Shown: positions 32,254-48,269 of the stretch, in pieces
Position numbering within the stretch: the first letter of the stretch is position 1
Layout of the letters: every line of letters starts with the position of its first letter
Source of the DNA: the human T2T-CHM13v2.0 reference genome, Homo sapiens
Strand: one strand, 5' to 3'
Assembly: GCF_009914755.1 (NCBI RefSeq)
Contig: NC_060940.1
Length of the DNA stretch: 64,000 nt
Notes under the pieces: generated by a model
What the model was told of the DNA's origin: nothing
Databases searched by the model: none
Seen by the model: only the letters and a program-made list of their open reading frames with translations
Position numbers and translations under genes: made by a program

Positions 32254-32973
32254 GGGGTGCTAGGAATGAGATGACCAAAGGTTATGCAGGCGATGTCTCC
32301 AGGGCTGAGCTAGCCAGCTCTAGGGGACACACTTTAGGCCCTGATGCCTGCTGTGAGAGAGGGTACATAGAAGCAATAAATAGACCCCTAATTGATCTTC
32401 CTGCAAGACTGAGCTGCCCGTCCAAATGGCAGAACAGCCAACTGTGTAGGAGGAGAGCTTAAGGGCAAAAATGTTAGTATATTTGAGATCTCTCCTTGAT
32501 ATTTCACAGTGCTTTAAAACTGAACATAATTAAAAGCAGCATTCTTTTAGAAAAACAAAACAAGGTCCCCACCTAAAGAAAGCAATTCAGATAGACGCAT
32601 GTTGATGACAGACTTGGCAGCACCCTCGCAGTGCCTGCATGCTGACACATTATAATTTTTTCGATAGTTAGACATATTCTGTTGTTATTCAATCTGACTC
32701 CTTTGAAACTGTTGCCAATAGCCCAATTAAACAGTTAGCTAAATATATTAACGGCACATTGCTGTGTATTTGGCTCAAATGAGGCTTACAGGAAATGTAT
32801 TTCCCAAACCACAAGGGTTCCAAACGTGGAAATTGCTGTGGCTTGGCTCTCCTTGGCCACAGCCATTGGCCCCAGGCCAGCCATCCCTAAGAAAGAACCT
32901 CCAGCTAAACTGAGATCCGGAGCTTGAGCAAGGAGTTGGGAAACTTCCTCAGTTTTCCCAAGAGAAATAATCA

Positions 32974-33724
32974 GTGTTAGTGTCTGCTAAGGCTGCCCTA
33001 ACACAATACTACAGATTGGGTAGCTTAAACAACAAAAATTTATTTTCTGTTTATTTATTTATTTGTTTGTTTGTTTGTTTGTTTATTATTTTTTTTTTTT
33101 GAGACAGGGTCTCACTCTGTGACCCAGGCTGAAGTGCAGTGGTGTGATCTTGGCTCACTGCCACCTCCTCCTCCCAGGTTCAATCAACTATCCTGCCTCA
33201 GCCTCCTGAGTAGCTGGGATTACAGGCATCTGCCACCAAGCCCATCTAATTTTTGTATTTTTACTAGAGATGGTATTTCACCGTGTTGCCCAGGCTGGTC
33301 TTGAACTCCTGACTTCAAGTGATCCACCTGCCTCAGCCTCCCAAAGTGCTAGGATTATGGCATGAACCACTGTGCCCAGCCAACAGAAATTTATTTTCTT
33401 AAAGTTGTGGAGATTGGAAGTCCAAGCTCAAGGTGCCAGAAGATTAGGTTTCTGGTGAGGGCTCTCTCCCTGGCTTGCAGATGGCCACCTTCTTGCTATG
33501 TCCTCACATGGCCTTTCCTCTGTGCGTGTGAGGAAAGAGAGAGAGCTCTTTGGTGTCTCCTCCTCTTCTTACAAGAACACCAGTCCTATCAGATTAAGAA
33601 CCCACCCTTACGATCTCATTTAACTTTATCTCCTTAAACACTCTATGTCCAAAGACAGTCACATGGGGAGTTAGGACTTCAACATATGAACTGGGGGTGG
33701 AGGAAAACAATTCAGTCCATAACA
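32974..33724 (-). mobile_element. MaLR LTR (MLT1B-like) with nested antisense Alu 33044-33381
   Basis: MLT1 motifs either side of the Alu; approximate TSD aaca(a/g)aaatttatttt. Confidence 0.85.
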
Positions 33725-34413
33725 GGATGGTTGAAGACAGATGGTTTAGAGAAGCCACTGATTGGAACAATCAAATGACCAAAAGGGACCTTGGTCACCT
33801 CTGCTGAGAAGGACATATCCCTGCAGGACTGGATAGTATGGTGGTCAGAAGCACCTCATGCTCATACAACTAATGCTTACTGAGCACCTAGTCTATGCCA
33901 GACTTTGAGCCAGGTGCTGCAGCTACAGTGGTGAACAAGAGGTGCTTCCTGCTCTTGGAGTCTGGCATGTCTGGAAGAAAGTGCAGGATACTGTGAAGAT
34001 ATATCAGAGCATGCCCAGTCCTGACTTGGAGAGCCCTAGAATGCTTCTCCAAGGAAGCAACATTTAAGCTGATTATGGATTTGCCAGGTGAAGGAAGTAG
34101 GAATGGGAGCAGAGGAGTGTTCCAGACATTGAGGACAAAAATCTATGCAAAGACCTGGAATTAAGAGAGTGTGGCCCAGAAAGTTCAATGTGTCTGGGAA
34201 AAGCCCACTGCAGCACCACCTCCCACCCCCATAGAGCAGCTGCTACACATTGCTAAGATTTTCACCACCGAAAGGGTTGAGCTTTATTTTCTGAAATTCT
34301 CTCTTGGCCCTGGGAGGCTAAGACAACTTGGCGAACAGTGTCCTCTCATATCAGGGAGGCAAAGGGAATCTCACCAGGCAAAACCTTGCTAGTCTGAACC
34401 TGAAGATGTGGCT

Positions 34414-34886
<473 letters not shown>

Positions 34887-35153
34887 TAGGGTAGTGAACA
34901 AAGACTGGGCACTAGAGCAAGAAAGACTAAGACGAGTCTCAGTTCTGCCTCTCTGGCAATGGGCCCTTGGAGAAGTTGCTTGCCTCTCTAAGCCTCAGTT
35001 TTCCCTCTACAAAATGGGAACTCATTTCACAGATATTTATGGACTGCCTACTGTGTGCTGGGCCAGGTGCAGGTCAGCAGGTGGTAAACTCAATACACAT
35101 GGCCATTGCCCTCAGATCACTTTCAGTCTAGCAAGGGAAACAGACAACCCTCA

Positions 35154-35488
<335 letters not shown>

Positions 35489-35703
35489 GGAAGTGCACAG
35501 AGTGACAGGATGGCAAGAACTGGGGGGCTCTTGTATATAAAGTGTTGGGAAGGCTTCTCTGAGGAGGTGACATTTGAGCCAAGACCAGAAGAAGAAGAAT
35601 AATGCTAACTCCCAGGGTGTTTGTAAGAACTGAATGAAATAATGTCCATAAGCACCAAGCAAGTGCCTGGCACATGGGAAGAACTCAAAAAATACTTGCT
35701 TTA

Positions 35704-36152
35704 AAGACTTGGAACCAACCCAAAGCCCATCAGTGATAGACTGAATAAAGAAAATGTGGCACGTATACACTATGGAATACTATGCAGCCATAAAAAAGAA
35801 TGAGTTCATATCCTTTGCAAGGACGTGGATGAAGCAGGAAACCATCATTCTCAGCAAACTAACACAGGAACAGAAAACCAAAACACCACATTTTCTCACT
35901 CATAAGTGGGAGTTGAACAATGAGAATACATGGACACAGGGAGGGGAACATCACACATCAGGGCCTTTCAGCGGGTTGGGGGCAAGGGGAGGGAGAGCAT
36001 TAGGACAAATACCTAATGCATTCGGGGCTTAAAACCTAGATGATGGGTTGATGGGTGCAGCAAATCACCATGGCACATGTATACCTATGTAACAAACCTG
36101 CATGTTTTGCACATGTATCCCAGAATTTAAAGTAAAATAAAATTTTTTAAAA
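35704..36152 (+). mobile_element. L1PA 3' end
   Basis: Canonical L1PA 3'UTR; TSD aaaaatacttgcttta. Confidence 0.92.
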
Positions 36153-36279
36153 AAATACTTGCTTTATCATCATCCACTAAAACCTAAGCTCCTCTAGGGT
36201 AAGGAGCAGGTATGTGTTGTTTGCCAAAATTATGCCTAACATGAAAAAAAAAAGGATTTACTAAATTAATTTACTTATA

Positions 36280-36380
36280 AAAGCAATGGTAATAATAGTA
36301 GTAATCAAAGTAATACTTGTTAGTAGTATTAGTCATTGGAGTAACAATAGTAGCAGCAGTGGTCATAGGAGTAGAAGTAT
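36280..36380. repeat. Degenerate (TAG/TAA)n low complexity
   Basis: aataatagtagtaatc...tagtagtattagt. Confidence 0.6.
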
Positions 36381-36591
36381 CAGAAACTCCCATTACTACA
36401 GAGCCTCTTGGCAGGCTAGGGGTGCCATGTTGCAATGGAGAGAGTGTGGGATTTGGAATCAAATAGAGTCACTCTTGAATCCTGGCCCAGCTACCTACAT
36501 TGTCCTGCAAAATAATGGAAACACATTTTACTCAGCCTCAGTTTCCTCATCTATATGAGACAGACAGTGACATGTATCTCACAGGGCTGCT

Positions 36592-36792
36592 GTGAGGACT
36601 GGGGAGGCATCTGTATGGCCACTCAGACAGAGTGAGACCACAGTACATGGTGGTTATTGAGAGGACAAGCATGCCACTTCAGCTAACTGAGCTCCAAGCA
36701 CCTGACACTCAGCCACATACTTTTGGGAGAGGCTAAGGGGGCCATATGCACACATGTGGCCGGGGCTTGCAGCTTCCACAGGCTTCTGCTCA
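36592..36792 (+). repeat. 201-bp direct repeat, copy 1
   Basis: Colinear with 37589-37789, about 22 mismatches, no indels. Confidence 0.93.
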
Positions 36793-37215
36793 CCAGGCAG
36801 CTGGTACTTCCCTGGGTTAATGTAGCCCAGTTTGCTCCTCACTCTCAGACATCTCTGGTCCAGGAAATAGTCTCTCTAGAAAACGACTGAATTGAATTAA
36901 ACTAGGCAAAAGTTCTCCATTGAAATTCCAGTGAGCAGAAAAAAGGTTTTCAACACATGTAACTGTCAAAAAATTCATACCAATCAACAAGAAATAGTAA
37001 AACAACCCAATGGGGCAATGGACCAAGTGTATAAACAGGCAACCCACACCCAACAAAGACTAAGGGCCAGCTAACATATGAAAAAAACATGGGAATAGGA
37101 ATTAAAACAATGGCAAGACCTTTCAGGCCTATCAACTGGACGAACAGAGCAAGATTGAAAATGTCTGGGGCTGGCGAGTGCCTGAGGAAATGGGTACTTT
37201 CATGTACTGGAGTCT

Positions 37216-37498
<283 letters not shown>

Positions 37499-37588
37499 TT
37501 ACTTTCATGTACTGTTAACATAAAATTGGTAGATGTGGGGAGGGCAATTTGACAGTGTCTGTTAAAATTTGAAATACAGCCAGGTGTG

Positions 37589-37789
37589 GTGAGGGTTGGG
37601 GAGGCATCTGTATGGCAACTCAGACAGAGTGAGACCACAGTACGTGGTGGTTATTGAGATGACAGGCATGCCACCCTAGCCAACTGAGCTCCAAGCACCT
37701 GACATTTAACCACCTTCTTTGGAGAGAGGCTAAGCCAGCCATATGCACACGTGTGGCCGGGGCTTGCAGCTTCCACAAGCTTCTGCTCA
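37589..37789 (+). repeat. 201-bp direct repeat, copy 2
   Basis: See copy 1; offset 997 bp. Confidence 0.93.
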
Positions 37790-38154
37790 TGGAATGAGCC
37801 CCGGCCATTTCTGACAGTGCCAGTCACTGGGCAAAAACTGGGGTTCAAGCTCAGGCCATCCAGAATCCCCAGGGTGATGAGTACGTGGTTCTTCAACAGG
37901 TTCATTTTATCCTTCATTTCGTTATCTGTTCATCTTTCAGGTGCACACCTCCTCTGTGCCAGGTTCTGTCCCGGACACAGAATGAATGAGCACCATCCTG
38001 TGGATTCAGAGTCACAGCCCAGTGGGGCAAGCATACCCAGAACCATATGACATGGGAGATGCCGGTGGAGAATAGACACAGGGCAACATTTTCAGAAGCA
38101 GGTACCAGGACTCACAGTCACACGAGCACTGCCTCACTCATGGGGACATGATCA

Positions 38155-38595
<441 letters not shown>

Positions 38596-38599
38596 TCAG

Positions 38600-38925
38600 G
38601 AATATTTAGTCTCCCCTCCTTCTGGTCACATGCCAGGATTGCATTTCCTTTCATATTAGATGTGGCCACGTGATGTGCTCTAGCCATGATGTGTAGGTGG
38701 AAATGACATATGTCGCTTCTGCATGGAAACTTATGATGTCTCCAGATGGCAGAGGCTTTGTCCACCAGGGTCCCTGAGTGAGGAAGAATTGAACCAAGCC
38801 CCCAACAGACCTAGGAGGGACATGAAACACACCTGAGAGTGAAAACTTGGTGGTAATCAGCCACCACAACTAAGATGAGGGGCTGTTTGTTACTGTAGCA
38901 TCACATGGTCTGGCCTGACTGATAC
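38600..38925 (+). mobile_element. MLT1I/J-like LTR
   Basis: gattgcatttcc...gctgtttgttactgtagcatcac...ctgactgataca. Confidence 0.65.
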
Positions 38926-39471
38926 AGTCAGGGAAGGTGATGAAACTGGAGTTGCACTTGGCCAGGGTGAGGAAGTACTGAGACTCAGCAGCTCCTTCTC
39001 CTCTCCTTTCCACCCCTCCACCCCTCCACCCCAAGCCTCACTCCTCAGATAGAGCTGCTGTCTGAGCCAGAGCCACATCCAGGCCCTTGACGCTAAGGAA
39101 GACAGACAGGAAAAGATGCCAGCTGTCTTCATCTTCATTCCAGAAATTTCACTTGATTTCCCTGGAAGGGGCCTTGGGAGCTCTCCCTCTCTTTCTCTTT
39201 ATTACATTCTGAGGATTCCTCATTCCCTCTGTGGAGCCTGCGTTTATCCTGAACTCTATCAGCTCCACTGAGCAGCCATAAACCAGGAGCTGTCGAAAAG
39301 AGAATCTGCACAGAAGAAAGTCAAAACCAGGTTCTTGGGCACAGAAGGGGCCTCTGAGAATGGAGCCCCCACGATGATGCCAGTTCCTCCCAACCAGCAG
39401 GCTCTCCAGGAGCTCCAGACCCCCTAAGGCAGCTAACGGCAACAAACTCTGCCTCCCAGGATCTACACGGA

Positions 39472-40086
39472 CCGTATTTCAGCAAATCTAAGATGCCATA
39501 TTGATTGTAGGGTGCATCTTTGTGTACCACTAAGAAAGAAAAAACACTGCCAATTAAACCAAGACACGATGTTTTACTATCACTTAGAATTTTTATTTTG
39601 TAAGTATTGAAAGAATGCTCTTGGACTTGTTTAGACATAGATTTTTTATCATATATCCCTATTGTGCATATATAAAATGGGAAGTATTAGCAAAATAAAT
39701 TGGTCGCAGTATCCTAAAACATCTTCACATTCAGAGTTCAGCTCTTGTGAATCTCTTTTCAACACAGAGGCATTGATGTTTGTGTTTTTCATGCAATAGC
39801 ATCTTCCAGGACATCAAGAATGTAAGTGATGCAACATTTCTTAAAAGAATGTTCTACCATTGTCCCCGAGGTTTTATTTCAAGCAGACATTCATTCGTTC
39901 TTCAAGTTTCGATGTTGGCCCTTTATGTTTAAAGAAAATCTTGCCAAAAGATACGAGGCAAAGACAAAGCTCACACGACCAACAGGCCAACAACTGTTGT
40001 GAGGTGCCATTGATTATCAGACGAAACCTGATTTCAAAATGTTAAAATGCAGAAGGTGGGGAAAATGTGTGTCCCTGAATCTACAA
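39472..40086. mobile_element. TcMar-Tc2 DNA transposon (Kanga/MER104-like)
   Basis: ccgtatttcagcaaatctaagatgcc terminus. Confidence 0.6.
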
Positions 40087-40169
40087 CCATCTTCCCTGAT
40101 TCTGTTTTCAGTCTGTGGTCAGAGAGATCTGAGTTCAAATCCCAGCCGCACCAGTTCCCAGCTGTAGGA

Positions 40170-40552
40170 TGTGTTAATTGAGGTAGGCTGAGATTTGCTG
40201 CAATCCCTCAATCTCAATGACTTCACAAGAGAAAAGTCCCTTTGGCGTCATGCAAATCTGCTGCAGATGTGGCCACGTAGCAATGCGAGGAACCACTTGG
40301 AACTTATGGTTCCAGGACCACAACACAGCCTCATCTACCACCACCAGGGCAAGAGAGAGAAAGACACTGGATAATTACAGAAAGTCTCTTCCTGCTTCAA
40401 CCCGGAAGTGGCACCCATCACTTCCACCCACATTTCATTGGCTGGGCTAACCACATGGCCCTGCTTAACTGCAAGGGGCTGGAAAATGTACTTTCCTGGA
40501 TACTCAGGAAGGAGGAAAGACCAAAATATTAATGCCAATAGTTAAATCTAGC
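40170..40552 (-). mobile_element. MLT1J-like LTR inside a MIR
   Basis: catcacttccacccacatttcattggc...aactgcaaggggctggaaaatgta. Confidence 0.65.
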
Positions 40553-40621
40553 ATGGTAAATTTCAACCTTCCCTGAGCCTTCGTTTCTTGTAAAAAGGAG
40601 GGTTATAAATGTGTCTATGTC

Positions 40622-40925
40622 TGCTGGGCACAGTGGCTCAAACCTGTAATCCCAGAGCTTTGGGAGGCTGAAGCAGGAGGATCACTTAAGGCCAGGAGCT
40701 TGAGACCAGGTTGGACAACATAGCAAGACTCTGTCTCTACAAACAAAATTTTATAAAGGAGCCAGCTGTGGTGGTGCAAACCTGTAATCCCAGCTACTTG
40801 GGAAGCTGAGGCAAGAGGATGACTTGAGTCCATGAGTTCGAGGCTGCAGCGAGCTATGATTGCGCCCCTGCATTCTGGCCTAGGAGACACAGCAAAGACC
40901 ACATCTAAATAAATAAATAAATAAA
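40622..40925 (+). mobile_element. AluJ
   Basis: Diverged Alu, (TAAA)n tail. Confidence 0.9.
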
Positions 40926-41515
40926 ATGTTTAATGCCTATTTTATTGGCTGTCATGAAGGAGAGCGCATGAGTTCATTCAACACACTTTGCACTGTGCCT
41001 GGCATATGATAAGTGCCCAGTGAATACTGGCTGTCTTCCTAAAATCACGTAGAACACCTTCATTCCTTCCCACCTGGAAATGACTATCCAGGACCCCACT
41101 TCTTCCCTGAGGCATCTCTGCTCTCAGGTGACACAGCCCAGCTGCCCCATCTGCTTCTCATGGCTTCCAGACCACTCCCCATTCAGTCATTCCATTCTCT
41201 CTCCAGAAGAGACCCTTGTGAGAACGGACCACCCGCCTCTTGCATCTCTGTATCTGACCAGCGTGAGTTCTGATCCCAGCTCCTCCAAACATTTGCTGTG
41301 TGACCTTTGCCAAGTTTACAGCCTTCGCTGGGCCTCAGCTTCCTCCTCTTTAAAACAGTCTCAGCAGAGCTCCTCACCTCCAACGTGCCTGAGGCCAGGA
41401 GGGTGTGTGATGAACTGGAGGAAGCTCACACAGTCTAAAGGGAAGCCATGCCTCGCTTAGCCAACTGGTGCCAGTTTTATATTACCAGAGTTTTGGGGTT
41501 TTGAAAAGAAGGTAA

Positions 41516-41867
<352 letters not shown>

Positions 41868-41892
41868 ACGGCGGCCCATTTTTAATTCTAAG

Positions 41893-42459
41893 TGTCTTAG
41901 TATAGGTTTAAGCAGGTTACATGGAAATAAGGAGATAAAGCAGCAGAATGTACTGAGCCACCACCCCTCTCTCCTTCCTGCTTTCTACTTTCACTCGGCA
42001 GCCAGGCGCCTATGGGTTGGAGCCCCCCCTTAACTCCCCCTCCCCAGTAAAGAATTTAGTTTAGGCTAGCTTGCAACATAAATAATTGTACCCTTTCTTA
42101 TCAGCCAAGTGCAGCCACTAGGGCCATAAGTCAAATGTTTAAAGAGTCCTGAGATAGTCGCAATGCATTATGGGCTGCAATAAAAGGCAGCAGAAAGACC
42201 CTAAAGAACATACTTGAAACCTTAACACAACCACCAATAGGTGACGTCCGGGAAGATTGTAACCCCATAGTACTCAGCCAATGAGGAACTGGGGGAGGGA
42301 CTTGAGCGCTAGGGAGTAAATAGCTTGTTAAAACCGTTCTGGGTGTGCCTGCATGCCAGACACCAATCTTGCAAGACCACCATTAAAGTCTCACTTCTGC
42401 TGTTCTCCATGTCCCTGAGTCCATTCTTTGGGTTTGGATGGGTAAGAATGTTTCTTACA
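41893..42459 (+). mobile_element. ERV1 solo LTR, LTR10 family
   Basis: gtactcagccaatgaggaactgggggagggacttg; 3' end gtccattctttgggtttggatggg...tttcttaca. Confidence 0.75.
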
Positions 42460-42544
42460 GTCTTGAACTCCTGATCGCAAGTGATCCAACCACCTTGACC
42501 TCCCAAAGTGTGGGGATTACAGGCTCGAGCCGCTGCACCTGGTC
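42460..42544 (-). mobile_element. Alu 5' fragment
   Basis: gtcttgaactcctg...cccaaagtgtggggattacagg. Confidence 0.85.
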
Positions 42545-43237
42545 TACTTCTTGGGAAAAAATAATAATTATCCGCATGCCAAACAAAATGTTATCAGTGG
42601 GGGAAGTCTGACCAGTTTACAAGCTCTGGGTACACCCAGGAGAGGAGTACCACACCCAGAAAGTAGACTCACCCTGAAGAGCCACTGGAGCTGGTCCTGG
42701 GGGGCCCAGGCAGGAGGGAAAAGGGGTATTTGCTGGTGACCATATCACTGGTTTTATCAAAAGCAAGTCCTAGCAGCAAAACATCAGTGCATCCGCCTCT
42801 ATCAGTGCCTCCTCTGGGCCAGGCTTGGGACACTCAGAGAAGAATCAGATCTAAGCCCTGTCCCTGGGGCACCCCCACACACAGGAGAAGATGGGGGCAA
42901 AACAGGCAACTGCAAGGGATTATGTGGGGGTGCACAAGGGGCACACTGATTGCCTGGGAACTGTGGCCAGGGAAGGGGCATTGGCCCAGAGTGCTACAGA
43001 GGGGTGGCCTCCAGGCATCTGTATAACACATCAGGCAGGCAGGTGGGGGACGGCATGTGCAGAGGAAGGCCTGGGGTGTGAGTGTGCTTGGTGCATTGCG
43101 GCAGGAGCACCGCAGGGATCCTGGAGTCCCCAAGACTCCTAGAGGAGCGGGAGGAGGGGAGATGTGCCAGTGGGCAGAGGGTGCGGTCAAGTCCCACTGC
43201 CTCTGTTCACCCCCATACCCCCATTCACCTGGCACTA

Positions 43238-43625
<388 letters not shown>

Positions 43626-43918
43626 GTGTCTGGGACCCACCAGAAGTTCTGGTTACCGGTATGTCTTAAAGGCTCCCGGGTGATTCTAAGGCGCAGCCAG
43701 ATTAGAGAAGTAAGGGCCTGGACGTGCCCCTCCTGGCACAGCCCTGGGCTCTCACTGGTGCGGAGCCTGTGCAAGGCTCTTCTGCGACTGTCCGGTTCGA
43801 TCCTGCCCGCGGCTCTGTGAGGCTGGCCAGGCGTCCTCCCCTCCCAGGTGCAGAAACAGCCATGCAGGCCAGGTAACCACGTACCCAGAGACTGAAGTTA
43901 AATCTGACTCCAGAATCC

Positions 43919-44450
43919 AGAAGAAAGGAAGAGAAAGGGAGGAAAGAGGGATGGAGGAAAGGAAGGGAGGAAAGAGTGGGGGAAGAAAAGAAGAGGGAAG
44001 GAAGGGAGGAAGGGAGGGAGGAAAAAAGGGCAGGAGGGAGGGAGGAAGGGAGGGGGAGGGAGGGAAAGAGAGAGGGAGGAAGGGAAGGAGGAAAAGAGAG
44101 GGAGAATGAAAGGGAAAGAAGGGAAGAAAGGAGGGAGGGAGGGAGGAAAGGAGAGAGAGTAAGGAAGGGAAAGAGGGAAAAGGGAAGAAGGCAGGGAGGA
44201 AGGAAAGGAAGGAGGGGAAGTTGGAGGGATAGATAGATGATGGGTGGATGGACGGAAGAATGGATGAGTGGTGGGTGGGTGGGTGAAAGGATACGAGGGA
44301 GGAATGAATGAATGAAGAGGAGGAAGGGAAGAAAAGAAGATAGGGAAAGGAGGAGAAGGGAGAAAAAGTGATATGTGGGGGTTGGAGAAACGAAGGCGGA
44401 AAGGACGGATGAATTAATGAATTAGGGATAGATGAAAGAGGGGAGGAGCA
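43919..44450 (+). repeat. Polypurine (GGAA/GGGA)n tract grading into (TGGA)n/(TGAA)n
   Basis: About 300 bp almost pure A/G, then mixed. Confidence 0.92.
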
Positions 44451-45230
44451 AGGAGAGCGGGCTGCTGCCTCGGCGACCTCTGGTCCCCGGGGTCCCGTGA
44501 GCAGCCAGGGCGGAGGTCAGGGAAGGCGGGTCTGGGGTACGAGACCAGGAGCTGTGCGGTCTCCGACGGGACTTGGCCTCCGCGGGGCCCTGCTGCCCCC
44601 CAGCGGCGATGCGCGGCACTGCAGAGGCGGCGGCGGGACCGGGGGCGGCCGCCCCTCCTTCCCCGGGCTCCGGGAGCCGCCCGCGCGTTCCCTTAGCAGC
44701 CGCCCCACCCGCCGCTCCCCGCTCCCGCCCCGCCGCGCCCGCTGCAAACTTTGGCCTCTGCAGCCCCGGCATCCGCTGGACGGAAGAGAGAGAGAGGAGC
44801 TCCTCCCGTAGCTTTCTCCCGAAAACGTTTTCTCTTCCCTACTCTGTGAAAAAGGATAACGAGGTGGGGGAGGGGAAGGAAATAGTTTAAGTTAATTTAA
44901 ATTGTGTCTGCCGCGGGCAACTCTCCAAGAAAGGGCTTTCCTTTTTTTTTTTTTTTTTTTTTTTTTTTTCAAGAGGCACGTTCGAAGCACTCAGAGAAGC
45001 TCTTTGCTGCAGCCCAGCGGCCACGGATAGAGCCTGGGAAGTGGAGAAGGAGCTGCTCCGAGAGGGTCCCAGGGAGCAGGGGGACCCCAGGCGTGGCCCT
45101 GGCCCTTGGGATCTCTGGGACCAGGCCTGGACCCTCGAAAGGGCGCGGCTGATCCTGCCTAGGGGCTTGCTCTTGGCCGCCACTTCTCCTAGGCGGACTC
45201 CTCTAATCCAGCCGGAGCCATGAGGTCGTA
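44450..45230. promoter_or_regulatory. CpG island with GC boxes; T28 run at 44942-44969
   Basis: Dense undepleted CpG and very high GC, unlike the rest of the window. Confidence 0.8.
44591..44609 (-). promoter_or_regulatory. CTCF-like motif
   Basis: Minus strand reads TCGCCGCTGGGGGGCAGCA, close to the CTCF core. Confidence 0.55.
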
Positions 45231-45936
45231 CTATTTATCCCCACTTTGCAGCTGGGCCCAGAGAAATCAAGCGCGCACAGCTAGGAAGTGGCAGTGCCCC
45301 GGTTTGAAGGCACCAAGGCCCATCCTGAGCCCTCAGGCTCGGGACTCCACCATACAGCTCAAAGTGGATGCTAGGATCTTCCCATCCTACAAGAAAAGAT
45401 GCTGGGAGCTCCAGAGGTTTGCTCAACGCCACCTGCCTACAGTCTGCTGCCCAGACCCTCCAGACCAGCCTTACATCAGGAAACTCCCATGAGCTCCGGG
45501 AGCTGACCTCAAACAGCTGCCAGACCCGGGGGTGTGTGGGGAGCCAACCTCCAAAGTGGCCAGAGGCTGCAGTCCCTGCCAGCATCCCTGGTGACCTCAG
45601 CTGTGGGCAGGGAGCTCAGGGAGGGGGTCAGGAAAGACAGGGAGGGGGCGAGGGAGGGGGTCGGGGAGGCTCAGAGGCAGAGCCCACACAGTCCCTGCCA
45701 CCTATCTCCTGCCTCTCTCCTCCATGTCAGGAGGGACAGTGCTGACTTGTGGGGCTTCATTTCACCCAACAACTCACTGGTACATTCAATTAATATTTAC
45801 GGAGTGTCTGCTGGATGCCAGGAGCTATGTTAGACAGTGAGGAGATCGTGGTAAATATGGTACTTAGTGCTGAAGACAGGCGATACAAAAGTCAACCAAC
45901 AAATGCACACGATGATCTGAATATTAATAAGTACTA

Positions 45937-46348
<412 letters not shown>

Positions 46349-47019
46349 CTACATGGGGGTGTATGTGCCATGTCCCTGCATCTGTCTCCTGCACCAGGTA
46401 TGACAGCTCGAAGGCAGAGTTTGTCCTGCCATCCCTGCGCCCCCACCCGCAGGACCTGGCCCTGCAGCATCTCAGGGAAGGCAGCAGAGTTGATCTGGTG
46501 CTTGTGAGTTAACAGAGCCCAGAGATGGCTGAGAAGCCTCCCTCAAGGAGCTTGAACTTGACACCGATTTCGGGAGGGGAGATCACAGTGATAGCCAAAG
46601 TACTCTGAGCCCTTGCTCTGCAGGCATTTGTATCCCTTATCTCCATCAATCTCCACAGCAGGCCTTTGATGTAGATACCATTTCTAACCCATTCTACAAA
46701 TGTGGAAATCAAGGTCACAGCTCTATTAAAGGGGAACCAAGATTTAAACAGACAGCCTGGTTTCAGCACCCCCTGCCCTCTACAGTCTGCTGCCGGGTGG
46801 ATGCTACGCTGAGGGGAAAATGTTTTAGGGAAGAGAGAGGGGGTGGGTCTGTTACCTTGAGCAAGTCACTTCCCCTCGCAGAGCCTCCATTTCCTCAGGC
46901 CTGCAAAACAGGGATGAAGCGGGGTTCCTGCCTTGGCTGGATTGTTCATTTGGGGGATTGAATGAGACAATGCAAGTAACTTGCCTGCCCAGCAAGAAAC
47001 CTGGATCATTGAACCAAAG

Positions 47020-47054
47020 GATGGATGGATGAATGAATGAATGAATGAATGAAT
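47020..47054 (+). repeat. (TGGA)n(TGAA)n microsatellite
   Basis: Seen directly. Confidence 0.85.
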
Positions 47055-47611
47055 GTCATAAATGTTAGTCCCCTTCCTTGTCCCCCAATTCTTTAACAGT
47101 AAAAAAAAGAAAGAAAAGTCTGCTAGGCTCCTGCTCTGCTCACTTTCTTGCATGCCACAAATGCTCATGTATTTCCTCCAGCTAGTCCCAAATGATGTGC
47201 ACGTGATGGTGCACTTACATCCCGTCTCTAGAGCAGAGCTCCTGGGGCAGTAAAGCTCCAGTTCCAGGCTGATGTCTAATGCAAGATATCTCACCTGAGT
47301 CCTACACAGGGCTTCCTTGAATCAGACAGACCCAGGTCCAAATCCTCACGTGCACAGACGTGCTGTGTGACCTTGGGCAGATGGCTTAACTTCTCTGATG
47401 CCAGACTCCTTCAGCTGTAAGGAGGACATCTGCCACATAGGTTCTCCTAAGGACTTCATCTAAGCCCCCTTTCCCTGTGAAGTGGTGAGGGTAGGCAAAG
47501 GGAGCAAATCCAGAGGGTAAAGTCATATGCACTTTGCTGTGAGCTTCCTGAGCTTCAAGAGAGGCTGAGATTAAGCCATCCATTATTTTTCTTCCTTTTT
47601 TGTGTGTGCAT

Positions 47612-47942
<331 letters not shown>

Positions 47943-48269
47943 TGACTCCCTTGCACCCAATCCACCACCACCTGTCAGTTTCACCTCAGATATCAACACA
48001 AGGCCCTGCTCTCTTCTCCAGCCTTGCTGCTTCCTCCGGGCCCAAGCTCCCATCACCACCAACCTGAATAGCTCCGGCAGCCTCCACTGCCACGCACCTC
48101 CCCACCCTCCAGACAGCAGCCTGAGAGGGTAAGACAATCCAGATCAGATCCCACCCCGGCTTAAACCCAGCCATGGCTTCTCATTGACCTCAGAATAAAA
48201 TGCACGCTGCCTGTTCTGACTGTGCTGCAGTTTCCGTTTGTCCTCGGGCTTCCTCTCCAGCCTTCTGCA

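Noticed and set aside
43976-44236. Glu/Arg/Gly-rich ORF
   Set aside because: Translation of the polypurine low-complexity tract
44422-44890. Overlapping Ala/Gly/Pro/Arg-rich ORFs on both strands
   Set aside because: Expected from stop-codon scarcity in a CpG island; weak start contexts and no recognisable domain
46762-46782. ttcagcacc REST-like motif
   Set aside because: Only the left half-site; the GGACAG half is absent
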